NCBI RefSeq assembly: GCF_002113885.1
Contig: NW_018479894.1
Coordinates: 35,707 to 99,706 of the forward strand
Origin: Mizuhopecten yessoensis
Taxonomy: Eukaryota
Direction of reading: 5' to 3'
Length of the DNA stretch: 64,000 nt
Each line of letters begins with the position of its first letter. Position 1 is the stretch's first letter. Below the pieces are notes generated by a model that worked only from the letters and a program-made list of their open reading frames with translations, was not told the origin of the DNA and searched no databases. The position numbers were made by a program, and so were the translations under genes. Below, in pieces: positions 45,901 to 59,300 of the stretch.

Positions 45901-46822
45901 TTATTAGTCAGTATCATCACCCAGGATCAACTGTCAGTTTTACCAGATTAAATCAACTGTCAGTAACATCAGCCGGGATCATCTGTTAATGTCATCATCC
46001 ATGATCAACGGTCAGTTTCACCAGATTAAATCAACTGTTAATGTCCCCAGCCATGGTCAACTGTCAGTATCATCAGCCAGCATTAACTGTTAATGTCATC
46101 AGTTAGGGCCAACGGTCAATGTCCCCAGCCCGGATCAACTGTCAGTGTCACCAGCCAGAAGTAATAGTCAGTATCCCCAGCCAGGATCAACTGTTAATGT
46201 CACCAGCTAGGATCAACTGTCAGTGTCAACAGATTAAATCAACTGTCAGTGTCAAAATCATGAGCCAGGATCAACTGTTAATGTTTCCAGCCATGATCAG
46301 CTGTCAGTAGTTTCCAGCCAGGATCAACTGTTAATGTCACCAGATAGGATCAACTGTCAGTGTCCCCAGCCCAGACCAATAGTCAGTATCACCAGCCAGG
46401 ATCAACTGTTAATGTCACCAGCCAGGATCAACTGTCAGTAGTTTCCAGCCATGATCAACTGTTAATGTCACCAGATAGGATCAACTGTCAGTGTCACCAG
46501 ATAGGATCAACTGTCAGTGTCACCAGCCCAGATCAATAGTCAGTATCACCAGCCAGGATCAACTGTTAATGTCACCAGCCAGGATTAACTGTCAGTGTCA
46601 CCAGCCAGTATCAACTGTCAGTGCTACCTGCCAGGATCAATAGTCAGTGTCACCAGCCAGAAGTAATAGTCAGTATCACCAGCCAGGATCAACTGTTCAT
46701 GCCACCAGCCAGGATCAACTGTTAATGTCACCAGCCAGGATCAACTGTCGGTGTCACCAGCCAGGATCAACAGTCAGTTTCACCAGCAATGATCGATCAT
46801 AAGTCAGGATCAACTGTCAATG
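42953..46822. repeat. Complex minisatellite of about 26 bp (about 3.9 kb) with higher-order block duplications
   Basis: Consensus CAGCCAGGATCAACTGTCAGT(A/G)TCA(T/C); variant blocks recur, for example a 329-bp period at 44222/44551. Confidence 0.93.
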
Positions 46823-47129
46823 AGTTTGGTCGATTGTCAAGTCTCATCAGCTGATTCATCTATCAGTGAGTGTTTCAACTGTTGTTCTATATGGTATTCT
46901 GATGATGCGGCAAACTAGATAACTTTTGACGTCTTTGTCCTCACGGTTATGGGTCGACTGGGAATAACTTATACCCGACTCTCACTTGAATGAAAGCATT
47001 TCAACCTCTCCTATACTATTCTGACATTTGTAGTGTCGTTCCTTCTGTCTGTGCTAATGCTTGTCTCCCAGGACACCAATAAAACCCTAGCATTAAACAA
47101 TAATAATCATATTTCTGTGAAACGATCTG

Positions 47130-48030
47130 TCCGAATACTGATTAACGATAAGATTACGGACCTAGAATGTTTTTAATTTAGATTTTGAAGGATTCAAAAG
47201 ATCTTTTGATCAATCTTGAACAACCACTTCTCCAAAACGATTCTTCTATTGAAACGTTTGACCTTTTTATTCGTTACATTACAATATACCTAAAGCAAAA
47301 CTGAAGGAACACCTTAGTTTTCTTATTTCCTTTTCCCAAAGATATAAATATATGGCTGTAACCTGTTTAAAAACAATAAAATAAAATATTAAGGTAAAAT
47401 AGGCATGTTATCAAAAGATATCACAATTTAGAATAAAACCTAGATAATTAAGATCACAATGCAGCTTGTAAATAAAAAAGAGTATTTTATTTTAAGAGTG
47501 AGGATATTTTATGAAAAGTACAACAAAGGCCAAAATGAAATATAATGATGTAATGGTGTGAATGATCGAGTTCTGGTTGACAATACCTTTGTTGAGTTTG
47601 GTGGCAAGATTTTCCATTGAAATAAACTTTTTTATGAGACTTAATCCATTGAAGAACTAATCGGGACTGGTAACAAAAACCTAGCCAAATCCTTCATTTT
47701 CACATTAAGATACATCAACGATGTGCTGTCTTTAAATTACTTCGATCTTATATACACTGTAACCTGCTAATACACTACAGGTTCTTCTGTTTCAGCCGCT
47801 TTCTTCGAACTTTACTTATTACCTTAATGCTTGATCAACAGAGGCGACTTATTACTATATAATATCTGTACGATAAGTCGATCGTGAACTTTCTTTTTCT
47901 TGATAGCAACACCCTCGCGTTAGGTGTTTATATGTCTCATTTGATTTGGTATTCAGGAGGTTGCTCTAAATGCCATAATTTCCGTGACAGATGTCGACTG
48001 TTGACAAACTTACAGTGTTTCCAAATATGC
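47130..48030 (+). mobile_element. Decayed Penelope-like element (RT remnant)
   Basis: LVDNTFVEFGGKIF at about 47573-47614; FTLRYINDVLSL at about 47699-47734. Left boundary uncertain. Confidence 0.7.
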
Positions 48031-48039
48031 AAGTTGATG

Positions 48040-48960
48040 AAAAACAACAGGAGTAGATTGAAGTGTCAACAAAACCACAATTGAAACTCAAAATCGATCA
48101 AAAGTAGGTCAAAATGTGGACAAAGGAAAGTGTACATGCAAACTCTTTGAAAAGTCCAAAGATAATAGGACCAGGTGTTCCGGAACGCTAAGCGTCTTCT
48201 GCTTCGTTGACGGCACCCGCCATGTAAATCTGGTCAAATTCAAGGAATGCAACATCCTCACATCGAGAAATCGGGACGTGACAATAAAACAAAAAAAGGA
48301 TCACTTAGGAGCATAAAAAACATCGACCTTCGTATAACACAAAGAAATAGTGTTCAGTGTATTTCCCTATTAGATGACGATGGCGACCATAACATTCGTC
48401 CCTATTAGTCTTTATCAACCGGCATCTTTGGAAACACTGTGCTGTACGTTGGTCCATTAGCAGTCGACATTTATCACGAACGTCATGATATTCGGAACAA
48501 GTTCCTGAATACCGAATAAACTATGTAAACATCGTAGTTAGGGTTCAGTGATTTTGCTCTCAAGAAAGGGATGTTTACCATAGGAAAGTCGTCCCGTTTA
48601 GCGTAGGGCTAGGAAGTAAGCGTTTCCTGTTGGTCATGTTGTAAGTAAAGATCGTGGACAGAAACTGAAGAAGACGAGTTGGTAGTGTGCTTGATGTTAA
48701 GCTCAGCAGGGTATATACGATCGACGTGGTTAATACATGTGTTGCTATTCATAGACAGCACATCGTCAATACATCTGAATGGAAATTATTCCTCATTGTC
48801 TTGAAAGTTGCCTTCCAGTTGATAGAGAGAGTTTCTCGATGCTTAAGACCGTTCATGAAAAGCTATCTTAGCTTTGTATTATTGACAATATTTAGATCGC
48901 CAGCCGGCCTATAGTTGTATGGAGACGCGGAGCTAGAACATGCTGACAGAGGAGTTGTTC
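48040..48960 (-). mobile_element. Second decayed Penelope-like element, opposite orientation
   Basis: Minus strand FRCIDDVLS near 48750-48780; DLNIVNNTKLR near 48870-48900; PLE-like 3' end near 48165-48205. Confidence 0.65.
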
Positions 48961-51900
48961 TAAGGTCATCTTACTTGTATGGGGACGCGGAGCTCGAACA
49001 TGATGACAGAGGACTTGTTATAAGGTCATCTTACTTGAATGGAGACGCGGAGCTAAAACATGATGACAGAGGAGCTGTTCTATGGCCATCTTACATGTAT
49101 GGGGACGCGGAGCTAGAACATGATGACAGAGGAGCTGGTTTAAGGTCATCTTACATGTATGGGGACGCGGAGCTAGAACATGAGGAAGGAGGAGCTGTTC
49201 TAAGGTCATCTTACTTGTATTGGGACGCGGAGCTAGAACATGCTGAAGGAGGGGTTGTTCTTTGGTCATCTTTCTTGTATGGAAACGCGGAGCTAGAACA
49301 TGCTGAAGGAGGAGTTGTTCTTAGGTCATCTTACTTGAATCGGGACGCGGATCTAGAAAATGCTGAAGGAGGAGCTATTCTAAGGTCATCTTACTTGTAA
49401 GGGGACGCGGATCTAGAACATGCTGAAGGAGGAGTTGTTCTAAGGTCATCTTACTTGTATGGAGACGCGGAGCTAAAACATGATGACAGAGGAGCTGTTC
49501 TATGGCCATCTTACTTGTATGGGGACGCGGAGCTAGAACATGATGACAGAGGAGTTGTTCTAAGGTCATCTTACTTGTATGTGGACGCGGAGCTAGAACA
49601 TGCTGAAGGAGGAGTTGTTCTAACGTCATCTTACTTGTATGTGGACCCGGAGCTAGAAAATGTTTGAGGAGGAGTTGTTCTAAGGTCATCTTACTTGTAT
49701 GTGGACGCGGAGCTAGAACATGCTGAAGGAGGAGTTGTTCTAACGTCATCTTACTTGTATGTGGACCCGGAGCTAGAAAATGTTTGAGGAGGAGTTGTTC
49801 TAAGGTCATCTTACTTGTAGGGGGACGTGGAGCTAGAACATGCTGAAGGAGGAGTTGTTCTAAGGTCAACTTACTTGTATGTGGACGCGGAGCTAGAACA
49901 TGCTGAAGGAGGAGTTGTTCTAAGGTCAACTTACTTGTATGTGGACGCGGAGCTAGAACATGCTGAAGGAGGAGTTGTTCTAACGTCATCTTACTTGTAT
50001 GTGGACCCGGAGCTAGAAAATGTTTGAGGAGGAGTTGTTCTAAGGTCATCTTACTTGTAGGGGGACGTGGAGCTAGAACATGCTGAAGGAGGAGTTGTTC
50101 TAACGTCATCTTACTTGTATGTGGACCCGGAGCTAGAAAATGTTTGAGGAGGAGTTGTTCTAAGGTCATCTTACTTGTATGGGTACGCGGAGCTAGAGCA
50201 TGCTGAAGGAGGAGCTGTTTTTTAGGTCATCTTACTTGTATGGGGACGCGGAGCTAGAACATTATGACAGATGAGCTGTTCTAAGGTCATCTTACTTGTA
50301 CGGGGACGCGGATCTAGAACATGCTGAAGGAGGAGTTGTTCTAAGGCCATCTTACTTGTATGGGGACGCGGAGCTAGAACATGGTGAAGGAGGAGTTGTT
50401 CTACGGTCATCTTAATTTTAGGGGACGCGGAGCTAGAACATGCTGAAGGTGGTGTTGTTCTAATGTCATCTTACTTGTATGGGGACGCGGAGCTAGAACA
50501 TGCTGAAGGAGGAGTTGTTCTGAGGTCATCCTTCTTGTACGGGGACGCGGAGCTAGAACATGCTGAATGAGGAGTTGTTCTAAGGTCATCTTACTTGTAT
50601 GGGGACGCGGAGCTAGAACATGCTGAAGGAGGAGTTGTTCTAAGGTCATCCTTCTTGTATGGGGACGCGGAGCTAGAACATGCTGAATGAGGAGTTGTTC
50701 TAAGGTCATCTTACTGGTATTGGGACACGGAGCTAGAACATGCTGCAGGAGGAGTTGTTCTGAGGTCATCCTTTTTGTACGGGGACGCGGAGCTAGAACA
50801 TGCTGAAGGAGGAGTTGTTCTAAGGTCATCTTACTTGTAACGGGACGCGGAGCTAGAACATGCTGAAGGAGGAGTTGTTCTAAGGTCATCTTTCTTGTAT
50901 GGGGACGCGGAGCTAGAACATGCTGAAGGAGGAGTTGTTCTAAGGTCATCTTACATGTACGGGGACGCGGAGCTAGAACATGTTGAAGGAGGAGCTGTTT
51001 TTAGGTCATCTTACTTGTATGGGGACACGGAGGTAGAACATGATGACAGAGGAGCTGTTCTAAGGTCATCTTACTTGTATGAGGACGCGGAGCTAGAACA
51101 TGCTGAAGGAGGAGTTGTTCTGACGTCATCTTACTTGTATGGGGACGCGGAGCTAGAACATGATGACAGAGGAGCTGTTCGAAGGTCATCTTACTTGTAT
51201 GGGGACGCGGAGCCAGAACATGCTGAAGGAGGAGCTGATTTAAGGTCATCTTACTTGTATGGGGACGCGGAGCTAGAACATGCTGAAGGAGGAGTTGTTC
51301 TAAGGTCAACCTTCTTGTATGGGGACGCAGAGCTAGAACATCCTGAAGGATGAGTGGTTCTAAGGTCATCTTACTTGTATGGGGACGCGGAGCTAGAACC
51401 TGCTGAAGGGGGAGTTGTTCTAATGTCATTTTACTTGTATGGGGACGCGGAGCTAGAACATGATGACAGAGTACTTGTTATAAGGTCATCTTACTTGAAT
51501 GGAGACGCGGAGCTAGAACATGCTGAAGGAGGTGTTGTTCTAAGGTCATCTTACTTCATCTGTGGTAGTGTTTACCACTAAAAAGGTTATCTTACTTGAA
51601 TGGAGACGCGGAGCTAAAACATGCTGACAGAGGAGCTGTTCTATGGCCATCTTACTTGTATGGGGACGCGGAGCTAGAACCTGCTGAAGGGGGAGTTGTT
51701 CTAATGTCATTTTACTTGTATGGGGACGCGGAGCTAGAACATGTTGAAGGAGGAGTTGTTCTAAGGTCATCTTACTGGTATTGGGACACGGAGCTAGAAC
51801 ATGCTGCAGGAGGAGTTGTTCTGAGGTCATCCTTCTTGTACGGGGACGCGGAGCTAGAACATGCTGAAGGTGGTGTTGTTCTAAGGTCATCGTACTTCAT

Positions 51901-52485
51901 CTGTGGTAGTGTTTACCACTAAAAAGGTTATCTTACTTGAATGGAGACGCGGAGCTAGAACATGCTGAAGGAGGTGTTGTTCTAAGGTCATCTTACTTCA
52001 TCTGTGGTAGTGTTTACCACTAAAAAGGTTATCTTACTTGAATGGAGACGCGGAGCTAAAACATGATGACAGAGGAGCTGTTCTATGGCCATCTTACATG
52101 TATGGGGACGCGGAGCTAGAACATGCTGAATGAGGTGTTGTTCTAAGGTCATCTTGCTTGTATGGGGACGCGGAGCTAGAACCTGCTGAAGGGGGAGTTG
52201 TTCTAATGTCATTTTACTTGTATGGGGACGCGGAGCTAGAACATGGTTAATGAGGAGCTGTTCTAAGGTCATCTTACTTTTATGGGGACGCGGAGCCAGA
52301 ACATGCTGAAGGAGGAGTTGTTCTAACGTCATCTTACTTGTATGGGGACGCGGAGCTAGAACCTGCTGAAGGGGGAGTTGTTCTAATGTCATTTTACTTG
52401 TATGGGGACGCGGAGCTAGAACATGCTGAAGGTGGTGTTGTTCTAAGGTCATCTTACTTCATCTGTGGTAGTGTTTACCACTAAA
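48915..52485. repeat. 60-bp minisatellite, about 59 copies, apparently amplified from Penelope ORF sequence
   Basis: Unit TTGTATGGGGACGCGGAGCTAGAACATGCTGAAGGAGGAGTTGTTCTAAGGTCATCTTAC. Confidence 0.95.
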
Positions 52486-52867
52486 AATATGGAAAAGCTT
52501 ATTGGTTGCCATTTTGTGATATGAAGGTCGATGTTTTTATTGTAATCGTTCGTGTGCCGGGCGGTTCTCAGTGTTAGGAGGTGACTTTACTTGGTTAACG
52601 TCGATGAAGCAGACGATGCTAACCCTTTCGGAACCCTTTGTCTTATTTTCCCAGTTTTTTGAGAGTCTCAATGTAAATCTTTCCTGTGTTTCATGTTTTC
52701 TATTTTAATCGATTTTAAGTTCAAACTACGGTTTTATTAACACTATGACGATGTGGTATATTTTGCTTTGTGTAAAACTTAAAATTGATTAATTTTAGAA
52801 CAATCACGAATCAAGTTTATCAATTACCCTCATTGGCTTGGATGGAAAGGAATCTTAATTTGGAAGG

Positions 52868-53000
52868 AGACTTGAGCACCCGGAGAAAACCCACATGGTC
52901 GGGCCAAGTACTTTTTCATGTCCGATCGGTATGTCGTACTCCGGCCGTCTTGGTGAACGACGTGAGCGCTACCCACTGTCTCTTCCACCACCCAACCACC
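52868..53000 (-). mobile_element. Degenerate copy of the V-domain-like SINE
   Basis: GAGCACCCGGAGAAAACCCAC core, similar to 42380-42402. Confidence 0.55.
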
Positions 53001-53160
53001 CATATAGGTAGGATATACTTGTAGCTTGTTTTATTATCAGGTATTGTTAATAATAATAATAACACATAAACAGAAAGTACATTATTTTATTAACGTTTTT
53101 CTCTCATTTATGAAGATAGACATTAAAGTGAGGTATTAAGTGTTTGTTTGAGACACGCCA

Positions 53161-53350
53161 TTAAATCTGGTGGTATAAGGTGTTCGCTGACGGGAACTGG
53201 ACACTGTTACAACCACTGCGGGTACAACAGTAGTCACATGTCAGATTCTGGCCGCTAGGTCCACTTCCGGATATTATCAAACTCATACACTCTGGAGAGG
53301 TCAGTGTGTTTCCTATCCACCGGCTGTAACACTCTCCCTCCGTCACACAA
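53161..53350 (-). CDS. Cys-rich domain C-half, terminal exon B3
   Basis: CVTEGECYSRW...CDYCCTRSGCNSVQFPSANTLYHQI*; minus-strand AATAAA at 53086-53091. Confidence 0.8.
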
Positions 53351-56300
53351 CTTCAAAAAATATAAACAGTAACTTATGTAAGACGTTCGCTCTAATTTCA
53401 TCTGAAACTCCGTATTGCACATAATCTATTGACAGTCCCTGTAAAGTTCATAATGACTACCTCGTACAGAACATATTGTATTGACTATTCCTGTAAAGTG
53501 TATGATGAATACCTCGTACAGTACATAATGTATTGACAATCCCTGTAAAGTGTATGATGACTGCCTCGTACAGTACATAATGTATTGACAATCCCTGTAT
53601 AGTCTAGGGTGAATACCCCGTACAGTACATACTCTATTGACTATCCCTGTATAAACTATAGTCTAGGTTGAATACCCCTTAGAGTACATAATCTATTGTT
53701 GTACCTACTTACTCGTCACACAAAAAATTGGATTGAAAAATCTGTATACACTGAAGCTTCTTACCTTCTTGTCTGATTCCTAGAACCATCAGCGCTGTCT
53801 ACGATAGAACTCATGCAGTAGTCCTTACCGAGCGGACAGTGCGAGGGACTGAGGTTTCCATTACACGCAGTTCCGGTGCACGTGATACACATCTGGGATG
53901 CTGGGTAAGACAACACAATAATGAGTAATTACCACCCAGAGGGATATACATGTATGTTATCTTGTCAAACCCATTTTTTTTTTAATTCATAGAGATAGTT
54001 ATCATACGTGAATTGTCACAATAGGTTTCTGTGAAATAAGTAAATGAACATCTAATAGTCGACGTCACGTCCGCTAATCAGATGGCATGAAAGGGAAGTC
54101 CACACATTTTTGTGAATTGAAGAAAAACAAATCGCATGTTGATTTGGATATGTTTTATTACTTAAAGATTGTTAAACAAAGAAATCTTATGAAAAGTTGT
54201 GTGTTGTATACGTCGGTAATATTTCTGAATTAAAGTGCCTGTTGTACCATCAAGGCAGTTTGGTGTGTGTTGTGATGTAACTGAAGACAACATGACTTTG
54301 GTGAGTAACAGTATCACAAAAGACAGTCGATATTGACAGAGTAATCAGTATTATTACCCAATAGTCTATATAAATTATAATTAGTCATTTTTGACTGTTT
54401 CTGGCTAGCGGCCTCAGGCAAACAGTTCCCCAGGGCTTCCCCCTACCTCGGGATGATAGTTTTGACTGTTCCCCAAATAGCCATGAAACAATTGTATACT
54501 GTAACTTTGTACAGAGATATATTTGATGTTGTCGCCTCTGTTAGACTCCTGTCAAAACTATATGTAAAGCAATTTTTTAGCAGCTGTAGAGCATGTTGAT
54601 AGTTGTAGTCGAAGTTTAGGACGAGAACATTTGTCCCAAAGATTGTTTTGTTGGAGCTGTAGATCTAGGGATGCCGACGTCGAGAGCGAGTTAACGTTGT
54701 AAGAAGCGGTCCCTGTCTAGTCAAAGTTAGGGCGAGTACAGGTCAGAAGGGACAGTCCCCGTGTTACAGAGTGCTGTGTTACAGCACCACGAGCACCGGA
54801 AGTCGTCCAGATACAGGTTACTTGGGTCGTAGTCCCTACATCTTCTGTCATCAGACGACCTGTTCGCTCCTCGGCAATCTGTTTCTGTAGCACAACTGCG
54901 AAAACAAGTACACTATGATAATATATTGTAGATACAAATTTCTATTTGTCAAAATTAATTGCCTAGCTTGGCATGAATCGGGAATCTATCTGGAATATTT
55001 TTGCAAATATACATTGCTATTTTAAAAGCACAGTTTTCGGCAGTATCGCTACAAATACATGGAATAAATAACTATATTCAATGAAGTCGGGATTTTCCTT
55101 TATTCACACTACGGTCACTAATGTAAAGATGATGTAAATAGCCCCCATTCATTCCACATGAACATAAGAAAATCGCACTTCCAATCTTAATATTTACTTG
55201 TTATTTATTACTTTCTTACACCATAAGAGCTAAGCTCGAGACCATCTTTGAAATTTGAGATTTTAAAGATTATTTAGTTTTGTCACATTGAATACGATCT
55301 TCTTGGTCGTTTATTATGTTATGCTTTATAGTTACGTAGTATCCAAGCTTTAATGAAAATAGAGCACGACATTTCTGTCTGAGCTGATGTAGTATCTTTG
55401 ACAACGGTTAAGTCTGAAACATTATCAGAAAGTAAAGAAAGGGGATTACATAAAACAACTGACCTCCTGAATACGGACCGAGTGCCGTCATCGTTGTTGT
55501 GGATGGTCGTCACACAGAACTGCTGGTCTACACTTTGACACTGGTGAGCTATGTATCTATCCTCACAGATAAACGGGGGTCCATTACACAGGTTACACGA
55601 CGCTGGGGACAGAAAACAGCCACATATACACAGAGCCAAGAATAGGACAGAAAACAGACACTTATACACAAAGCCAAGTATAGGACAGAAAACAGCCACA
55701 TATACACAAAGCCAAGTATAGGACAAAAACAGCCACATATACAAAAAGCCAAGTATAGGACAGAAAACAGCCACATATACACAAAGCCAGCTATAGGACA
55801 GAAAACAGCCACAAATACACAAAGCCAAGTATAGGACACGAAACAGCCACATATGCACAAAGCCAAGCAAAGGACAGAAAACAGCCACATATACACAAAG
55901 CCAAGTATAGGACACGAAACAGCCACATATACACAAAGCCAAGAATAGGACAGAAAACAGTCACATATTCACAAAGCCAAGTATAGGACAGAAAACAGCC
56001 ACATATACACAAAGCCAAGTATAGGACAGAAAACAGCCACATGCACACAAAGCCAAGTATAGGACAGAAAAAGGCCACACATACACAAAGCCAAGTATAC
56101 ACAAAGCCAAGTATAGGACAGAAAACAGCCACATATACACAAAGCCAAGTATACACAAAGCCAAGTATAGGACAGAAAACAGCCACATATACACAAAGCC
56201 AAGTATAGGACAGAAAACAGCCACATATACACAAAGCCAAGTATAGGACAGAAAACAGCCACATATACACAAAGCCAAGTATAGGACAGAAAACAGCCAC

Positions 56301-59300
56301 ATATACACAAAGCCAAGTATAGGACAGAAAACAGCCACATATACACAAAGCCAAGTATAGGACAGAAAACAGCCACATATACACAAAGCCAAGTATAGGA
56401 CAGAAAACAGCCACATATACACAAAGCCAAGTATAGGACAGAAAACAGCCACATATACACAAAGCCAAGTATAGGACAGAAAACAGCCACATATACACAA
56501 AGCCAAGTATAGGACAGAAAACAGCCACATATACACAAAGCCAAGTATAGGACAGAAAACAGCCACATATACACAAAGCCAAGTATAGGACAGAAAACAG
56601 CCACATATACACAAAGCCAAGTATAGGACAGAAAACAGCCACATATACACAAAGCCAAGTATAGGACAGAAAACAGCCACATATACACAAAGCCAAGTAT
56701 AGGACAGAAAACAGCCACATATACACAAAGCCAAGTATAGGACAGAAAACAGCCACATATACACAAAGCCAAGTATAGGACAGAAAACAGCCACATATAC
56801 ACAAAGCCAAGTATAGGACAGAAAACAGCCACATATACACAAAGCCAAGTATAGGACAGAAAACAGCCACATATACACAAAGCCAAGTATAGGACAGAAA
56901 ACAGCCACATATACACAAAGCCAAGTATAGGACAGAAAACAGCCACATATACACAAAGCCAAGTATAGGACAGAAAACAGCCACATATACACAAAGCCAA
57001 GTATAGGACAGAAAACAGCCACATATACACAAAGCCAAGTATAGGACAGAAAACAGCCACATATACACAAAGCCAAGTATAGGACAGAAAACAGCCACAT
57101 ATACACAAAGCCAAGTATAGGACAGAAAACAGCCACATATACACAAAGCCAAGTATAGGACAGAAAACAGCCACATATACACAAAGCCAAGTATAGGACA
57201 GAAAACAGCCACATATACACAAAGCCAAGTATAGGACAGAAAACAGCCACATATACACAAAGCCAAGTATAGGACAGAAAACAGCCACATATACACAAAG
57301 CCAAGTATAGGACAGAAAACAGCCACATATACACAAAGCCAAGTATAGGACAGAAAACAGCCACATATACACAAAGCCAAGTATAGGACAGAAAACAGCC
57401 ACATATACACAAAGCCAAGTATAGGACAGAAAACAGCCACATATACACAAAGCCAAGTATAGGACAGAAAACAGCCACATATACACAAAGCCAAGTATAG
57501 GACAGAAAACAGCCACATATACACAAAGCCAAGTATAGGACAGAAAACAGCCACATATACACAAAGCCAAGTATAGGACAGAAAACAGCCACATATACAC
57601 AAAGCCAAGTATAGGACAGAAAACAGCCACATATACACAAAGCCAAGTATAGGACAGAAAACAGCCACATATACACAAAGCCAAGTATAGGACAGAAAAC
57701 AGCCACATATACACAAAGCCAAGTATAGGACAGAAAACAGCCACATATACACAAAGCCAAGTATAGGACAGAAAACAGCCACATATACACAAAGCCAAGT
57801 ATAGGACAGAAAACAGCCACATATACACAAAGCCAAGTATAGGACAGAAAACAGCCACATATACACAAAGCCAAGTATAGGACAGAAAACAGCCACATAT
57901 ACACAAAGCCAAGTATAGGACAGAAAACAGCCACATATACACAAAGCCAAGTATAGGACAGAAAACAGCCACATATACACAAAGCCAAGTATAGGACAGA
58001 AGACAGCCACATATACACAAAGCCAAGTATAGGACAGATAACAGCCACATATACACAAAGCCAAGTATACACAAAGCCAAGTATTGAACAGAAAACAGCC
58101 ACATATACACAAAGTCAAGTATAGGACAGAAAACAGCCACATATACACAAAGCCAAGTATCCACAAAGCCTAGTATTGAACAGAAAACAGCCACATATAC
58201 ACAAAGTCAAGTATAGGACAGAAAACAGCCACATATACACAAAGCCAAGTAAAGGATAGAAAACAGCCACATATACACAAAGCCAAGTATAGGACAGAAA
58301 ATAGCCACATATACACATAGCCAAGTATAGGACAGAAAACAGCAACATATACACAAAGCCAAGTATAGGACAAAAAACAGCCACAAATACACAAAGCCAA
58401 GTATAGGATAGTGATACATATCGCCAAATACAGGATTGAAACAGATATAGCAAAGTAAAGGATTGAAATAGATTTAGCAAATTATAGGATTGAAATACAA
58501 AATGCGAAGTTAAGGATTGAAATAGATATAGCAAAATAAAGGATTAAAATACAAATAACCAAGAATAGGATTGAAATACAAATAGCCAAGTTAAGGATTG
58601 AAATACAAAAAGCCAAGTTAAGGATTGAAAAAATGTGGACAGTTAACAGCGGCATGTAGAAAGTCAGGTCAGGATGAGAAAATAATCGACTTAAGTGTAT
58701 CACAACAAATATACTTACTGGGTCGTGTAATAATAGACTTTAGTTATCAAAACAAATATACTTACTGGGTCGTGTAATAATAGACTTTAGTGTATCACAA
58801 CAAATATACTTACTGGGTCGTGTAGGTTTTGGCGTCGGTTGCGATACTGTAGTAGTTGTAGATGGAGTGAGTGTAGTACTCGGTGCAGCCTCCGTTGTGG
58901 TACCTGATGTTGGAGGCGTTGTAGATGGAGTGAGTGTAGTACTCGGTGCAGCCTCCGTTGTGGTACCTGATGTTGGAGGCGTTACTATTGAGGTCGTAAT
59001 GGCGGTACGTACTGTCGACGAAGCTACTGTTGACGTCATAGGCGATGACATAGGTGACGTGGTGACTGTCAATATGTAAACTAGCGATTAACCATCAGCT
59101 CTTCATCATCATTTCCATCAACTCAGATGTATTGGTAATACGGACAATTGTTTTCACCANACTATTGAGGTCGTAATGGCGGTACGTACTGTCGACGAAG
59201 CTACTGTTGACGTCATAGGCGATGACATAGGTGACGTGGTGACTGTCAATATGTAAACTAGCGATTAACCATCAGCTCTTCATCATCATTTCCATCAACT

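Noticed and set aside
42953-46822. CRISPR-like array (conserved core with variable flanks)
   Set aside because: Eukaryotic context, no unique spacers, no cas genes; the variants are mutated monomers that recur.
46895-46920. Hammerhead ribozyme near the Penelope remnant (CTGATGA)
   Set aside because: No GAAA core or convincing stems follow.
48915-52452. 20-aa repeat proteins (YGDAELEHAEGGVVLRSSYL / MTLEQLLLQHVLAPRPHTSK)
   Set aside because: Products of a 60-bp minisatellite with scattered stops and frameshifts; no start, signal peptide or splice context.
55791-58194. 713-791 aa hydrophobic Cys-rich ORFs in all three minus frames
   Set aside because: Translation of a 38-bp intronic satellite whose minus strand lacks stop codons; the unit is not a multiple of 3.
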